Source of the DNA: an uncultured Candidatus Saccharibacteria bacterium
GTDB taxonomy: Bacteria; Patescibacteriota; SICC01
Direction: 5' to 3'
Length of the DNA: 54,187 nucleotides
Assembly (NCBI GenBank): GCA_964476895.1
Contig: CAYZCS010000002.1
Location: 1-54,187, forward strand
Shown here one piece after another: positions 1 through 7,633 of this stretch. A program made the translations under genes and the position numbers. The first letter of the stretch is position 1. The number at the start of each line of letters is the position of its first letter. The notes beneath the pieces were generated by a model. It had not been told where the DNA came from. It was given only the letters and a program-made list of their open reading frames with translations, and searched no databases.

Positions 1-112
1 GCAAAAGGACCGCCCGGAGGTGACCAAGCCGAAGAAGCGACCCGCGGCGAAGCCGGCGAAGAAGGCTGCCGCTAAGTCGACGACAAAGAAGCCCGCGAAC
101 GCGAAGAAGTAG
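1..112 (+). CDS. 3' end of a CDS cut by the window edge; Lys/Ala/Pro-rich basic C-terminal tail (product unknown)
   Basis: Frame 2 reads QKDRPEVTKPKKRPAAKPAKKAAAKSTTKKPANAKK then TAG at 110-112. It is absent from the ORF track because no start lies in the window. Confidence 0.5.
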   Translation, partial: QKDRPEVTKPKKRPAAKPAKKAAAKSTTKKPANAKK

Positions 113-123
113 CACGCCGGGTA

Positions 124-220
124 GCTGACAGGTAGCCACAGCGAAACGCTAGTACGGTTGAGCGAGACCCTCTACGAACATAGGGGTCGAGCGCCGCGTT
201 GAGCGTGGCTACCTGTCAGC
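124..220. repeat. 16-bp perfect inverted repeat enclosing a 65-nt spacer with internal hairpins
   Basis: GCTGACAGGTAGCCAC (124-139) is the exact reverse complement of GTGGCTACCTGTCAGC (205-220). The spacer contains AGCG-AAA-CGCT and GACCCTCTA-CGAACA-TAGGGGTC hairpins. It lies between convergent genes. Confidence 0.7.
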
Positions 221-242
221 CGGGTTACCCGGCGTGCGGCAT

Positions 243-923
243 TTACCGCCGCGCCAAGTCGTCGTCCGGCTGCTCGAGGTAGTTCGGCGACGAATCTTCC
301 GTCCATATCCTGCCTTCGATATCGCCGTGCTTGCCCGAGACCCGTCCGGGCGTGCCGCGGAGCCAGCCCCACAGGTCCTTCACCGCCGAGCCGACGCCCT
401 TGGTCGTGGCGAACGTCCGGCGATCCGCCGGCATGAACGGAAGCTCTCCGCCCGCGTCGGACTGGCCCAGTCCGGTGTCGGCCGCCTTAGCCGAAACCGC
501 CGGGGTCTCCGCCTTATCCACGCCGAGCCGGCCGCGCAGTTCTTCCAGGCGTTCGGTCAGCAGTTCCGCGTCCGCCATCAGCCGATCGTACGTCACTTCG
601 GCCAGATACCCGAGGTCGCGGGCGACCAGCAGCGCGTACTTCGTCTCCTCAAGCGCCGCCGCCGCGTCGCTGGCGTGGCCGGCGAACGTCGCCTCTTCCT
701 TCCGGGCGTGTCCCGCCACGATGTTCGAGGCGACTTTCATCGCACCGCCGCGCAGCATCGGCACCAGGCCCTCGCGCTCGTCGTGCGGCAAACGGCTGGA
801 GACCTTGTAGAGATCGAGGACGAACCGGTGGGCCAGCTTCCACGTCCCCACGGCGTGCTGCGTCAGCGAGGGCCGGTTCGCGGGTGTTTCGTCGGAATGC
901 GAGGGCGTGTGCGGTTGGTCCAT
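243..923 (-). CDS. four-helix-bundle protein (23S rRNA intervening-sequence protein family) with a long C-terminal extension
   Basis: WKLAHRFVLDLYKVSSRLPHDEREGLVPMLRGGAMKVASNIVAGHARK...ALEETKYALLVARDLGYL matches my recollection of the family pattern. About 100 extra C-terminal residues have no recognisable domain. Confidence 0.7.
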   Translation of the reverse strand: MDQPHTPSHSDETPANRPSLTQHAVGTWKLAHRFVLDLYKVSSRLPHDEREGLVPMLRGGAMKVASNIVAGHARKEEATFAGHASDAAAALEETKYALLVARDLGYLAEVTYDRLMADAELLTERLEELRGRLGVDKAETPAVSAKAADTGLGQSDAGGELPFMPADRRTFATTKGVGSAVKDLWGWLRGTPGRVSGKHGDIEGRIWTEDSSPNYLEQPDDDLARR

Positions 924-945
924 ACGTGCTTTCGATTGTACCCGA

Positions 946-1587
946 TTACGGGTTCGGGAAAACGACCAGCAGGGATTCGTCCTCCGGAAGATCCGACGGC
1001 TTCAGCTTGAACAGTTTCTTGTCGAGCTTCCGGACCTTGCCGCCGGCCTGTTTCAGGAAGTCGTCCACCGGCTTCAGCTCCTTGATCTTCAGCTTCGGCA
1101 CCTGGTAGTGCATCGGGATCGTGATCCGCGGCTGGAGCCGCTTCGTCACTTCCGCCGCAGCCTTCGCGTCGATCGTGAAGTGGCCGCCGACCGGGATGAA
1201 AAGGATATCCACGTCGCCGAGCTGCTCGACCGTCGCTTCGTCCAGCACGTGCCCGAGGTCGCCGAGGTGGACCAGGTGCAGCCCGTCCATGATGAAGGAG
1301 AAGACCGTGTTCCGGCCGCGCTCCGCGCCTTCCTTGTCGTCGTGATAGGTCGGGATGCCTTCGATCATCACGCCGCCGGACTCATACTCGCCCGGCGTGT
1401 CGACCAGGTACGGGTCGCCGTCCACGGCGCCCGTGTTGGCGTGGTCATAGTGGTCGTGCGAGACCAGCAGGATGTCCGCCGTCAACTTCGGTTCCTTCAA
1501 CCCGATATCCCCGAAGGGATCGATCGCGACCGTCGCGGAGGTGCCACGGACGGTAAAACAGGCATGGCCGTGCCAGGTAATGTCCAT
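946..1587 (-). CDS. metallo-beta-lactamase-fold metal-dependent hydrolase (UPF0173-like)
   Basis: MDITWHGHACF start, HDHYDH (HxHxDH) motif, about 213 aa. The longer track ORF (to 2139) is an antisense extension over pgeF, so I chose the ATG at 1587. Confidence 0.8.
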   Translation of the reverse strand: MDITWHGHACFTVRGTSATVAIDPFGDIGLKEPKLTADILLVSHDHYDHANTGAVDGDPYLVDTPGEYESGGVMIEGIPTYHDDKEGAERGRNTVFSFIMDGLHLVHLGDLGHVLDEATVEQLGDVDILFIPVGGHFTIDAKAAAEVTKRLQPRITIPMHYQVPKLKIKELKPVDDFLKQAGGKVRKLDKKLFKLKPSDLPEDESLLVVFPNP

Positions 1588-1617
1588 CGCTATCCAGTAT
1601 ATCGCGGAATCACGGTG

Positions 1618-2343
1618 ATGTATCGTGGGTACATGACGATCGCGACCGCAACCGGCCATGTGATATCCGGAACGACCAGCCGTTCCGACGGCAACTGGCA
1701 CGTGGACCGGCTCTCCCGACAGCTCGACAGCCTGGCCGCCCTGCTCGCGCGGCGGCACGGCAAAGCCCCGCGGCGCGTGGTCTGGCTGGAGCAGGTCCAC
1801 GGCGCCCAGGTGGTGCCGGTCGGAGACACGGAGGAGGGCGGCATCGGCCGGGCGGACGCCCTGATCACCGACCGTCCGGACGTACTGCTGACCGTCCGGA
1901 CCGCCGATTGCGTGCCGATCTTCCTGGAATCCCCGGAAGCGGTGGGAATCGTACACGCCGGCATGGCGGGAGCCCTCAAGCAGGTCTTCCCCCGCGCCGT
2001 CCGGGCGATGCGCCGTGAGTACAAGATCCGCCCCGAGGACCTGACGGTGCGTTTCGGACCGCACATCTGCCAGTCCTGCTACACGATGTCGGAGCGGAAC
2101 CTGCAGCTGCTCGAGCGGTACCCCGAGGCCAAGAAGCATCTCAGCACCCGCGGCGACAAGCGGCTCTTCTCCCTGGTCGGGCTACTCACCGAACAGGCGG
2201 GGTCCGTCGGCGTGCGGCGGATCGAGATGGACGCACGATGCACGTTCCATGGCGAGAACCTGTTCTCCTCGCGGCGTAACCACGACCACCGGTTGCTCTC
2301 GTACATCATGCTCACCCGCACCGCACGGTCCGACCTTGCTTGA
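1618..2343 (+). CDS. pgeF: peptidoglycan editing factor / laccase-domain protein (YfiH/PgeF, DUF152)
   Basis: RTADCVPIFL, IVHAGMAG and GPHICQSCY motifs. Start ATG at 1618 (alternative 1633). The upstream part of the 478-aa track ORF is antisense to the MBL gene. Confidence 0.8.
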   Translation: MYRGYMTIATATGHVISGTTSRSDGNWHVDRLSRQLDSLAALLARRHGKAPRRVVWLEQVHGAQVVPVGDTEEGGIGRADALITDRPDVLLTVRTADCVPIFLESPEAVGIVHAGMAGALKQVFPRAVRAMRREYKIRPEDLTVRFGPHICQSCYTMSERNLQLLERYPEAKKHLSTRGDKRLFSLVGLLTEQAGSVGVRRIEMDARCTFHGENLFSSRRNHDHRLLSYIMLTRTARSDLA

Positions 2344-2767
2344 GACGCCGCACAGCGTCATCGGAGCGGCGGTCGGGGCGGCGGCGGGCAACCCGGCCGC
2401 GGCGGCACCGGCGGCGATCGCCTCGCACTTCGCGGGCGATGTCGTGCCGCACTGGAATCCGAACTTCCCGTTCCGTTCCAAGGCCCTCTATGCGTTCGTG
2501 ATCGGGGACTTCGTGATCGCCGAAGCGCTCACCGTCCTGCTTTGGTTCATGTTCCCGGACCGGCCGGAAATCGCGATCGGGGCGTTCGCCGGCACGGTTC
2601 CCGACATCATCCTCGGCGTGCGCTTCCTCTTCCGGGTCCGCTGGCTCCGCGGCTACGAGCGCTTCCACGGCAAGCTCCACTGGGAGGTGCCGCTCCGGTA
2701 CGGCCTCTGGCCACAGCTCGTAATCACCGCGGTGGCCGCGGGGTACCTGCTGACAATACCGTCATAG
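2336..2767 (+). CDS. small polytopic membrane protein (possibly YdjM/DUF457-like)
   Basis: G/C-dominated third codon positions and hydrophobic segments (ALYAFVIGDFVIAEALTVLLWF, LWPQLVITAVAAGYLL). Start uncertain: TTG at 2336 just before the pgeF stop. Confidence 0.5.
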   Translation: MLETPHSVIGAAVGAAAGNPAAAAPAAIASHFAGDVVPHWNPNFPFRSKALYAFVIGDFVIAEALTVLLWFMFPDRPEIAIGAFAGTVPDIILGVRFLFRVRWLRGYERFHGKLHWEVPLRYGLWPQLVITAVAAGYLLTIPS

Positions 2768-3113
2768 TTACTTGTAATCTCCAGTGCGGCCGACAAGAAT
2801 AAGCACACATGAGAAGTCGTGGTGAACCTGGGCCGGACAACTGTCATCGACCGATCAGAGAGCTTGATGACAATATGGACTGGTTGGACTGGACCGATAA
2901 TGAACCGGGTCAACCACGAACTACGCTATTTGTGGGAGGACGTTCACGTGTTGACCCGAATCGCCGGTACCTCCGCGTCGATGAGATTGATGGCGATCAG
3001 AGCAAGCTTGAGCAGGGCGCGCGTGATGTGCTGGACGGCTTCGGATTACTTAGAGAATAACTGGCAGCATGCTGGTACTGGGTTCCAGCAAGTCGCATAA
3101 GGTCTGACCTTAT

Positions 3114-3749
3114 TCAATACTTGACCGGCTGGCGGACCTGGACGCTGAGTTCGTCGATCACGACCTTCTTCGGATCGGAAAGCATCAGGGTCAGGAACCG
3201 GTCGAACAGTTGGGTACGGTACGCGTACTCAGTCTCGCTCATGATCGTGTAGCGGATCTCGCCGTGCTTCTTCTGGAGTCCCTTGAGGTAGTCGGAGAAG
3301 AGGTCTTCGTCCGGCTCGCCGACCACCAGGAGGTCGGCCGGGGCTTCCTTGGAACTGACGAACTTGCCGTTCTGGACCAGCAGCTTGACGCTCCCGATCG
3401 ACGGCGGCGGGGTCGGTTCGCCCGGCAGCGTACCGAGCACCTGGCGCTGCGCGACTTCCTCATGCTCTGCGGGACGGTTCGGCTCTTCCGCGAACAGCAG
3501 CCGCAGCTCGCTGATCCCCGGCGCGGACTGGTCCAGCCGGTAGTAGAGCTTGCCCTGGCTCTTCTTCTTGGTCACCAGGCCGGCCGTCTCGAGGTTGCCG
3601 AGCTCGTGTCGGATCGCATTGATGTGATCCGACAACATCCGTGTCAGCTCGCGGACGTAGTACTTCTGCCCGGGATCCTTCAGGAAATGGCGAAGGAGCT
3701 TCACGCGGGTCTTGGAACCGAAGAGGATGGTCAGTTGTTCGCTTGTCAT
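3114..3749 (-). CDS. winged-helix (ArsR-like) transcriptional regulator with a C-terminal domain of unknown function
   Basis: N-terminal RVKLLRHFLKDPGQKYYVRELTRMLSDHINAIRHELGNLETAGLV is a typical wHTH. Confidence 0.7.
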   Translation of the reverse strand: MTSEQLTILFGSKTRVKLLRHFLKDPGQKYYVRELTRMLSDHINAIRHELGNLETAGLVTKKKSQGKLYYRLDQSAPGISELRLLFAEEPNRPAEHEEVAQRQVLGTLPGEPTPPPSIGSVKLLVQNGKFVSSKEAPADLLVVGEPDEDLFSDYLKGLQKKHGEIRYTIMSETEYAYRTQLFDRFLTLMLSDPKKVVIDELSVQVRQPVKY

Positions 3750-3838
3750 CGCTCGTTACCTACGACACCGTAGCATATCGAGGGCCCTGCGAATAAGCAA
3801 GTTGGTCGGGGCTGAGCAACGTGGTTCCGCTCCGTCGC

Positions 3839-5215
3839 CTAGCGGCCCTTCACTTGTTCAGTGAAGTACCGCCCGCGCTCCGTGTAGTTAGGGAACCAGC
3901 CGAAGCTGGCCGCTGCCGGGGAAAACAAGACGGTGTCGCCGGATTCGGCATGGCGCCGGGCCAGCCGTACCAGGTCTCCTTTGCGTACGGCACCGACGAC
4001 CCGTGGAGCCGACTTGCCCGACCGCCGGGCCGCCGCCCGGACAGCCCGCGCGATACGCATGCCCTCCGGCGGAATCGCAATGACCGCCCGGACATCCTTG
4101 GCGAGAATGGTCCGGGCCAGCTCGTCATACGAAAGACCTTTCTTCGCACCGCCCACGATCAGTACCAACGGAGTATCGATACTTTCGATAGCCGGGATGG
4201 CCGCGGTCGGATTGGTCGCGTAGGAATCGTTGAAGTACCGTACCCCCTGCTTGGTCCCGAGATACTCGAAATGGTACGGAAGCCCCCGGAAACCCCTGAC
4301 GGCCTGTGCGATGGCCCGCGGTCCGATGCCGAACGCGTCAGCCACGAGGCTCGCCGCGAGGACATTGCGGAGGTTGTGGGACCCCGGCACCACGATGTCC
4401 GTGGTCCGGAGCACCCGGCGTCCGCGGACGACCACCCAGCCGTCTTGGACACAGGCGCCCCACGGCTGCGGCCGGCGGGTCGAAAACCAGCTCGTCCCGC
4501 CGGGGTCCCCCGCGAACGGGCGGCTGCCGGGATCGTCGGCGTTCAGGATCGCCAGGTCGCTCCGGCGCTGGTATTTGGTGATCGGACGTTTCGCTGACCG
4601 GTATTCCCGGACGCTCGCGTGATGATCGAGGTGATCCGCCGTGACATTGGTCACCACGGCGATCGGCGGTGACTGCGTGAGGTCCTGCAACTGGAAGCTT
4701 GAGAGCTCCAGCACCACGTGATCCCTTTTCCGGAGCCGGTCCAGGAAGTCGAGCGGAGACATGCCGATGTTGCCGCCGAGATAGACGCGCTTACCGCCTG
4801 CCTTGAACATCTTCGCGATCAGGGAGCTGGTCGTACCCTTGCCCTTGGTGCCCGTGACACCGATGACCTTCGCGGGACATCGCTCGAAGAAGAGCTTGGT
4901 CACCGAGGTGACCGTCGTTCCGCGACGTATCGCCCGCTGGATCCGCGGGTCACGATACGGGCGGCTTTGGGTCCGGATGACCACGTCGAAGTCGGTCAGC
5001 CGATCCGCGTGCCGCGGGCCGAGCCGGAAGTCCGTGACCCCGATTGCTTCGAGCTCACGGACGACGCGCCCAAGCCCCCGGCGGGTACGGCGGTCGCATG
5101 CCGTGACGATGGCGCCGTGCCGCAAAAGCCACCGTGCCGCGGAGGTTCCCTCCACGCCGAGGCCCAGCACCGCGACCTGCCGCCCCCGGATACCCGTCGC
5201 CGGACGACGCGCCAT
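3839..5215 (-). CDS. murD: UDP-N-acetylmuramoylalanine--D-glutamate ligase
   Basis: VAVLGLGVEGTSAARWL Rossmann N-terminus and GVTGTKGKGTT P-loop. The ATG at 5215 overlaps the upstream TAA by 1 nt (TAATG). Confidence 0.9.
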   Translation of the reverse strand: MARRPATGIRGRQVAVLGLGVEGTSAARWLLRHGAIVTACDRRTRRGLGRVVRELEAIGVTDFRLGPRHADRLTDFDVVIRTQSRPYRDPRIQRAIRRGTTVTSVTKLFFERCPAKVIGVTGTKGKGTTSSLIAKMFKAGGKRVYLGGNIGMSPLDFLDRLRKRDHVVLELSSFQLQDLTQSPPIAVVTNVTADHLDHHASVREYRSAKRPITKYQRRSDLAILNADDPGSRPFAGDPGGTSWFSTRRPQPWGACVQDGWVVVRGRRVLRTTDIVVPGSHNLRNVLAASLVADAFGIGPRAIAQAVRGFRGLPYHFEYLGTKQGVRYFNDSYATNPTAAIPAIESIDTPLVLIVGGAKKGLSYDELARTILAKDVRAVIAIPPEGMRIARAVRAAARRSGKSAPRVVGAVRKGDLVRLARRHAESGDTVLFSPAAASFGWFPNYTERGRYFTEQVKGR

Positions 5216-5433
5216 TACGACACCGGTTGGTTCTGGAGGTAGATGATCTCGAATGCGAACGCGACCCACGCCAGGACGGTAAAGAACCAGACCCAGGGAC
5301 TCTTCAACGAACTCTTGAGCACCAGCATCGGATCGTCATCGCGCCGGAACCGCTTGAGGAAGATCAGGCCGAGCACGAAGAGCCCCACGCCGAACAACCG
5401 GCCGAAGAGCAGCGGGAAAGAGTACCCGAACAT
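5215..5433 (-). CDS. 72-aa two-TM membrane protein, translationally coupled on both sides
   Basis: Two hydrophobic segments. Its start overlaps the ABC ATPase stop (TGATG) and its stop overlaps the murD start. Confidence 0.55.
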   Translation of the reverse strand: MFGYSFPLLFGRLFGVGLFVLGLIFLKRFRRDDDPMLVLKSSLKSPWVWFFTVLAWVAFAFEIIYLQNQPVS

Positions 5434-6293
5434 CAGCGCTTCCTCGCTTTTCCGACGCGTCGGACGGATGCGGCAGGACGCTTCGCGGAAGACCGTTTGG
5501 CAGGGCCCTTCACCGGTGCCTTCTGCGCCGGGCGTTTCCGCGTCGTCTCCTTGATCTTCCCGTCTTCCATGTGCAGCGTCCGGTCACAGACGTCCGCGAC
5601 CGACCGATCATGCGTGACGATGATGAACGTCTGGCCGGTCCGCCGGTTGAGTTCGCGGAGCAGCTCCATCACATGATGGCTGTTGGCGGAATCCAGCTCG
5701 CCCGTCGGCTCATCGGCCAGCACCACCGCCGGCGAAAGCACCAGGGCCCGGGCTACCGCCACCCGCTGCTTCTCACCGCCCGAGAGCTGATACGGCAAGT
5801 GTTCGGAACGCTCGAGCATCCCCACCAGCCGGAGCGCTTCGCGCGCCTGTTCCCGCCCTTGGGAACGCTTACCGCGCGCGTAGCGGAACGGGAGATACAC
5901 GTTCTCGAACGCCGTGAGCGACGGAATCAGGTTCTTCTGCTGGAAGATCATGCCGACCTCGTTCTGGCGGAATACCGGCACTTTCCGGCGCTTGAGTTCG
6001 CCCAGGTCGACACCGGCGAACTTCACGGTACCGGCATCCGGCGTATCCAGGAGCCCGACGATGTTCAGCAGCGTCGTCTTGCCCGAGCCGGACGGCCCCA
6101 TGATCGCGATCATCTCACCGCGTCCGACCTCCAGGTTCACGCCGCGCAGCGCCTTCACCGGCTGGGTACCCTCCCGATAATTCCGGTGGATGTCCTTCAG
6201 TTCGACGATCGGCGGCAGGTCTTTCGTCTCCTGTTTGGTGAAGAACGTTCCCCCGGTCGCCTTGGGCGCCTTCTTCTTGCGAAAGCGGATCAT
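5433..6293 (-). CDS. ABC transporter ATP-binding protein (MacB/LolD type) with a basic C-terminal tail
   Basis: Walker A GPSGSGKTT, signature LSGGEKQRV, Walker B VVLADEPT. The ATG at 6293 forms an ATGA overlap with the permease stop. Confidence 0.9.
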   Translation of the reverse strand: MIRFRKKKAPKATGGTFFTKQETKDLPPIVELKDIHRNYREGTQPVKALRGVNLEVGRGEMIAIMGPSGSGKTTLLNIVGLLDTPDAGTVKFAGVDLGELKRRKVPVFRQNEVGMIFQQKNLIPSLTAFENVYLPFRYARGKRSQGREQAREALRLVGMLERSEHLPYQLSGGEKQRVAVARALVLSPAVVLADEPTGELDSANSHHVMELLRELNRRTGQTFIIVTHDRSVADVCDRTLHMEDGKIKETTRKRPAQKAPVKGPAKRSSAKRPAASVRRVGKARKR

Positions 6294-7453
6294 GATTCCC
6301 TCAATACGTTTACCGGTTTCACCCGCGTGGCGCGCCACGCGGGATAGAGGCCGGCGAGGACGCCGAGCGAAAGCGCGAAGCCGAATGCGGCGGCAAGCAG
6401 TTCCGGCGTGACCAGGAAGAGTTCGAGGCCTTCCTTGCGCGTCTGCGCGTTGATGATGCTCGTGAGCAACAGTCCGCCCGCGGACCCGATCGCACCGCCG
6501 AACAGTCCCATCAACGCCGTCTCCGTGACCGTCTCACGGATGATGTGCCGCCCCCGGGCGCCGACCACCCGCTTGATGCCGATCTCCTTCCGCCGTTCCG
6601 CGACGCTCATTATCATGGTGTTGATTACGGAAAGCCCGCCGACCAGGACGGCGAGCAGCGCGCTGCCGAGGATTATCAGGTTGAAGACGGCGGACGCTTC
6701 TTCCAATGATTCCTGCAGCTGCTCGGGCGGGGTGCCGTCCACGCCGCTGATCGTCGACTCGATCCGCTCGGTCAGCACGGTGGAATCGACCCCCTCTTCA
6801 GGAAAGACATTGATGTTTGTGACCAGCTCCTCGGTGCTCGTCGTGAACTGGGTGATGTTCCGGGAAAGCTCGACCGCATCGGCGAGAGGCACCACATAAA
6901 AGGAGTCGGGGCGGGCAGAAGTCCGTCGCAGAGTCCCGACGACCTCGAACTGCTTGCCGCGGAGCTCGACCGTGTCACCGACGCCCAGTTTCTGCTTTTG
7001 GACGATGTTCGAACCGATGACCGTCTTGCCGGCATCGTCCGGCCGCAACGCGCGCCCTTCGCTGATCTCGAGCTTGAACCTGTCCTTGGCGGTCTCGGCC
7101 GGCGGCACGCCCTGGATCGTATCGGGTGACGACGTGACCGAGAAATCCGCGCCCTTCTCCGCCAGGAGCAATAGCGTCGGGTAGGCCCGCTCCACGCCGT
7201 CGATCACCTCGATCCGTTCGGTGATGCTGGCTGGCAGCTGGGGGCCGACCGCGAACGGGCCGCCGAAGCCGCCGCTGTCCTGAGTGACCAGGATGCGGTT
7301 GCTGAAGTAGTCGATGCCGACCTGGACCGATTTGCCCAGGCTCTGGGACAGCGCGCCCATGGTAACGAACGCGAAGATACCGATACCCACTCCGAAGATA
7401 GTCAGGGCCGAACGGGTCTTCCGCCGCCAGATGTTTCGCAGGGCTTCTTTCAC
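6290..7453 (-). CDS. ABC transporter permease, MacB/FtsX family
   Basis: N-terminal TM, large extracytoplasmic domain, and three C-terminal TMs (FtsX-like). Start taken as the GTG at 7453 after AAGAGG; upstream ORF residues are not family-like. Confidence 0.8.
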   Translation of the reverse strand: MKEALRNIWRRKTRSALTIFGVGIGIFAFVTMGALSQSLGKSVQVGIDYFSNRILVTQDSGGFGGPFAVGPQLPASITERIEVIDGVERAYPTLLLLAEKGADFSVTSSPDTIQGVPPAETAKDRFKLEISEGRALRPDDAGKTVIGSNIVQKQKLGVGDTVELRGKQFEVVGTLRRTSARPDSFYVVPLADAVELSRNITQFTTSTEELVTNINVFPEEGVDSTVLTERIESTISGVDGTPPEQLQESLEEASAVFNLIILGSALLAVLVGGLSVINTMIMSVAERRKEIGIKRVVGARGRHIIRETVTETALMGLFGGAIGSAGGLLLTSIINAQTRKEGLELFLVTPELLAAAFGFALSLGVLAGLYPAWRATRVKPVNVLRES

Positions 7454-7633
7454 GCCTCTTATTGTACCAACCGGGAAGCCGCGGGTCGCCCGCGTCCGGC
7501 GGCCGAGCCGGATCGGCGGACATTGGAAAAAGAGCGAGGAGCGCGGCTGAGGACGAGTAGCGTCACGGCCATGCCGGACACGATTCATCCCCAACCGCGC
7601 GATCCTCGCTTTTGTTTCAAGGGTGCCTGCCCG

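Noticed and set aside
907-2343. 478-aa plus ORF and 397-aa minus ORF (946-2139) as full-length genes
   Set aside because: Each is real only in the half that carries family motifs (PgeF from 1618; MBL hydrolase up to 1587). The other halves are mutual antisense read-through.
2770-3113. Possible tmRNA, RNase P RNA or SRP RNA in the orphan spacer
   Set aside because: I could not find the hallmark elements. These are a tRNA-like GGGG... 5' end with a CCA-proximal T-arm and an ANDxxALAA-type tag frame for tmRNA, GAGGAAAGUCC for RNase P, and the GGAA/AGCA domain IV motif for SRP.
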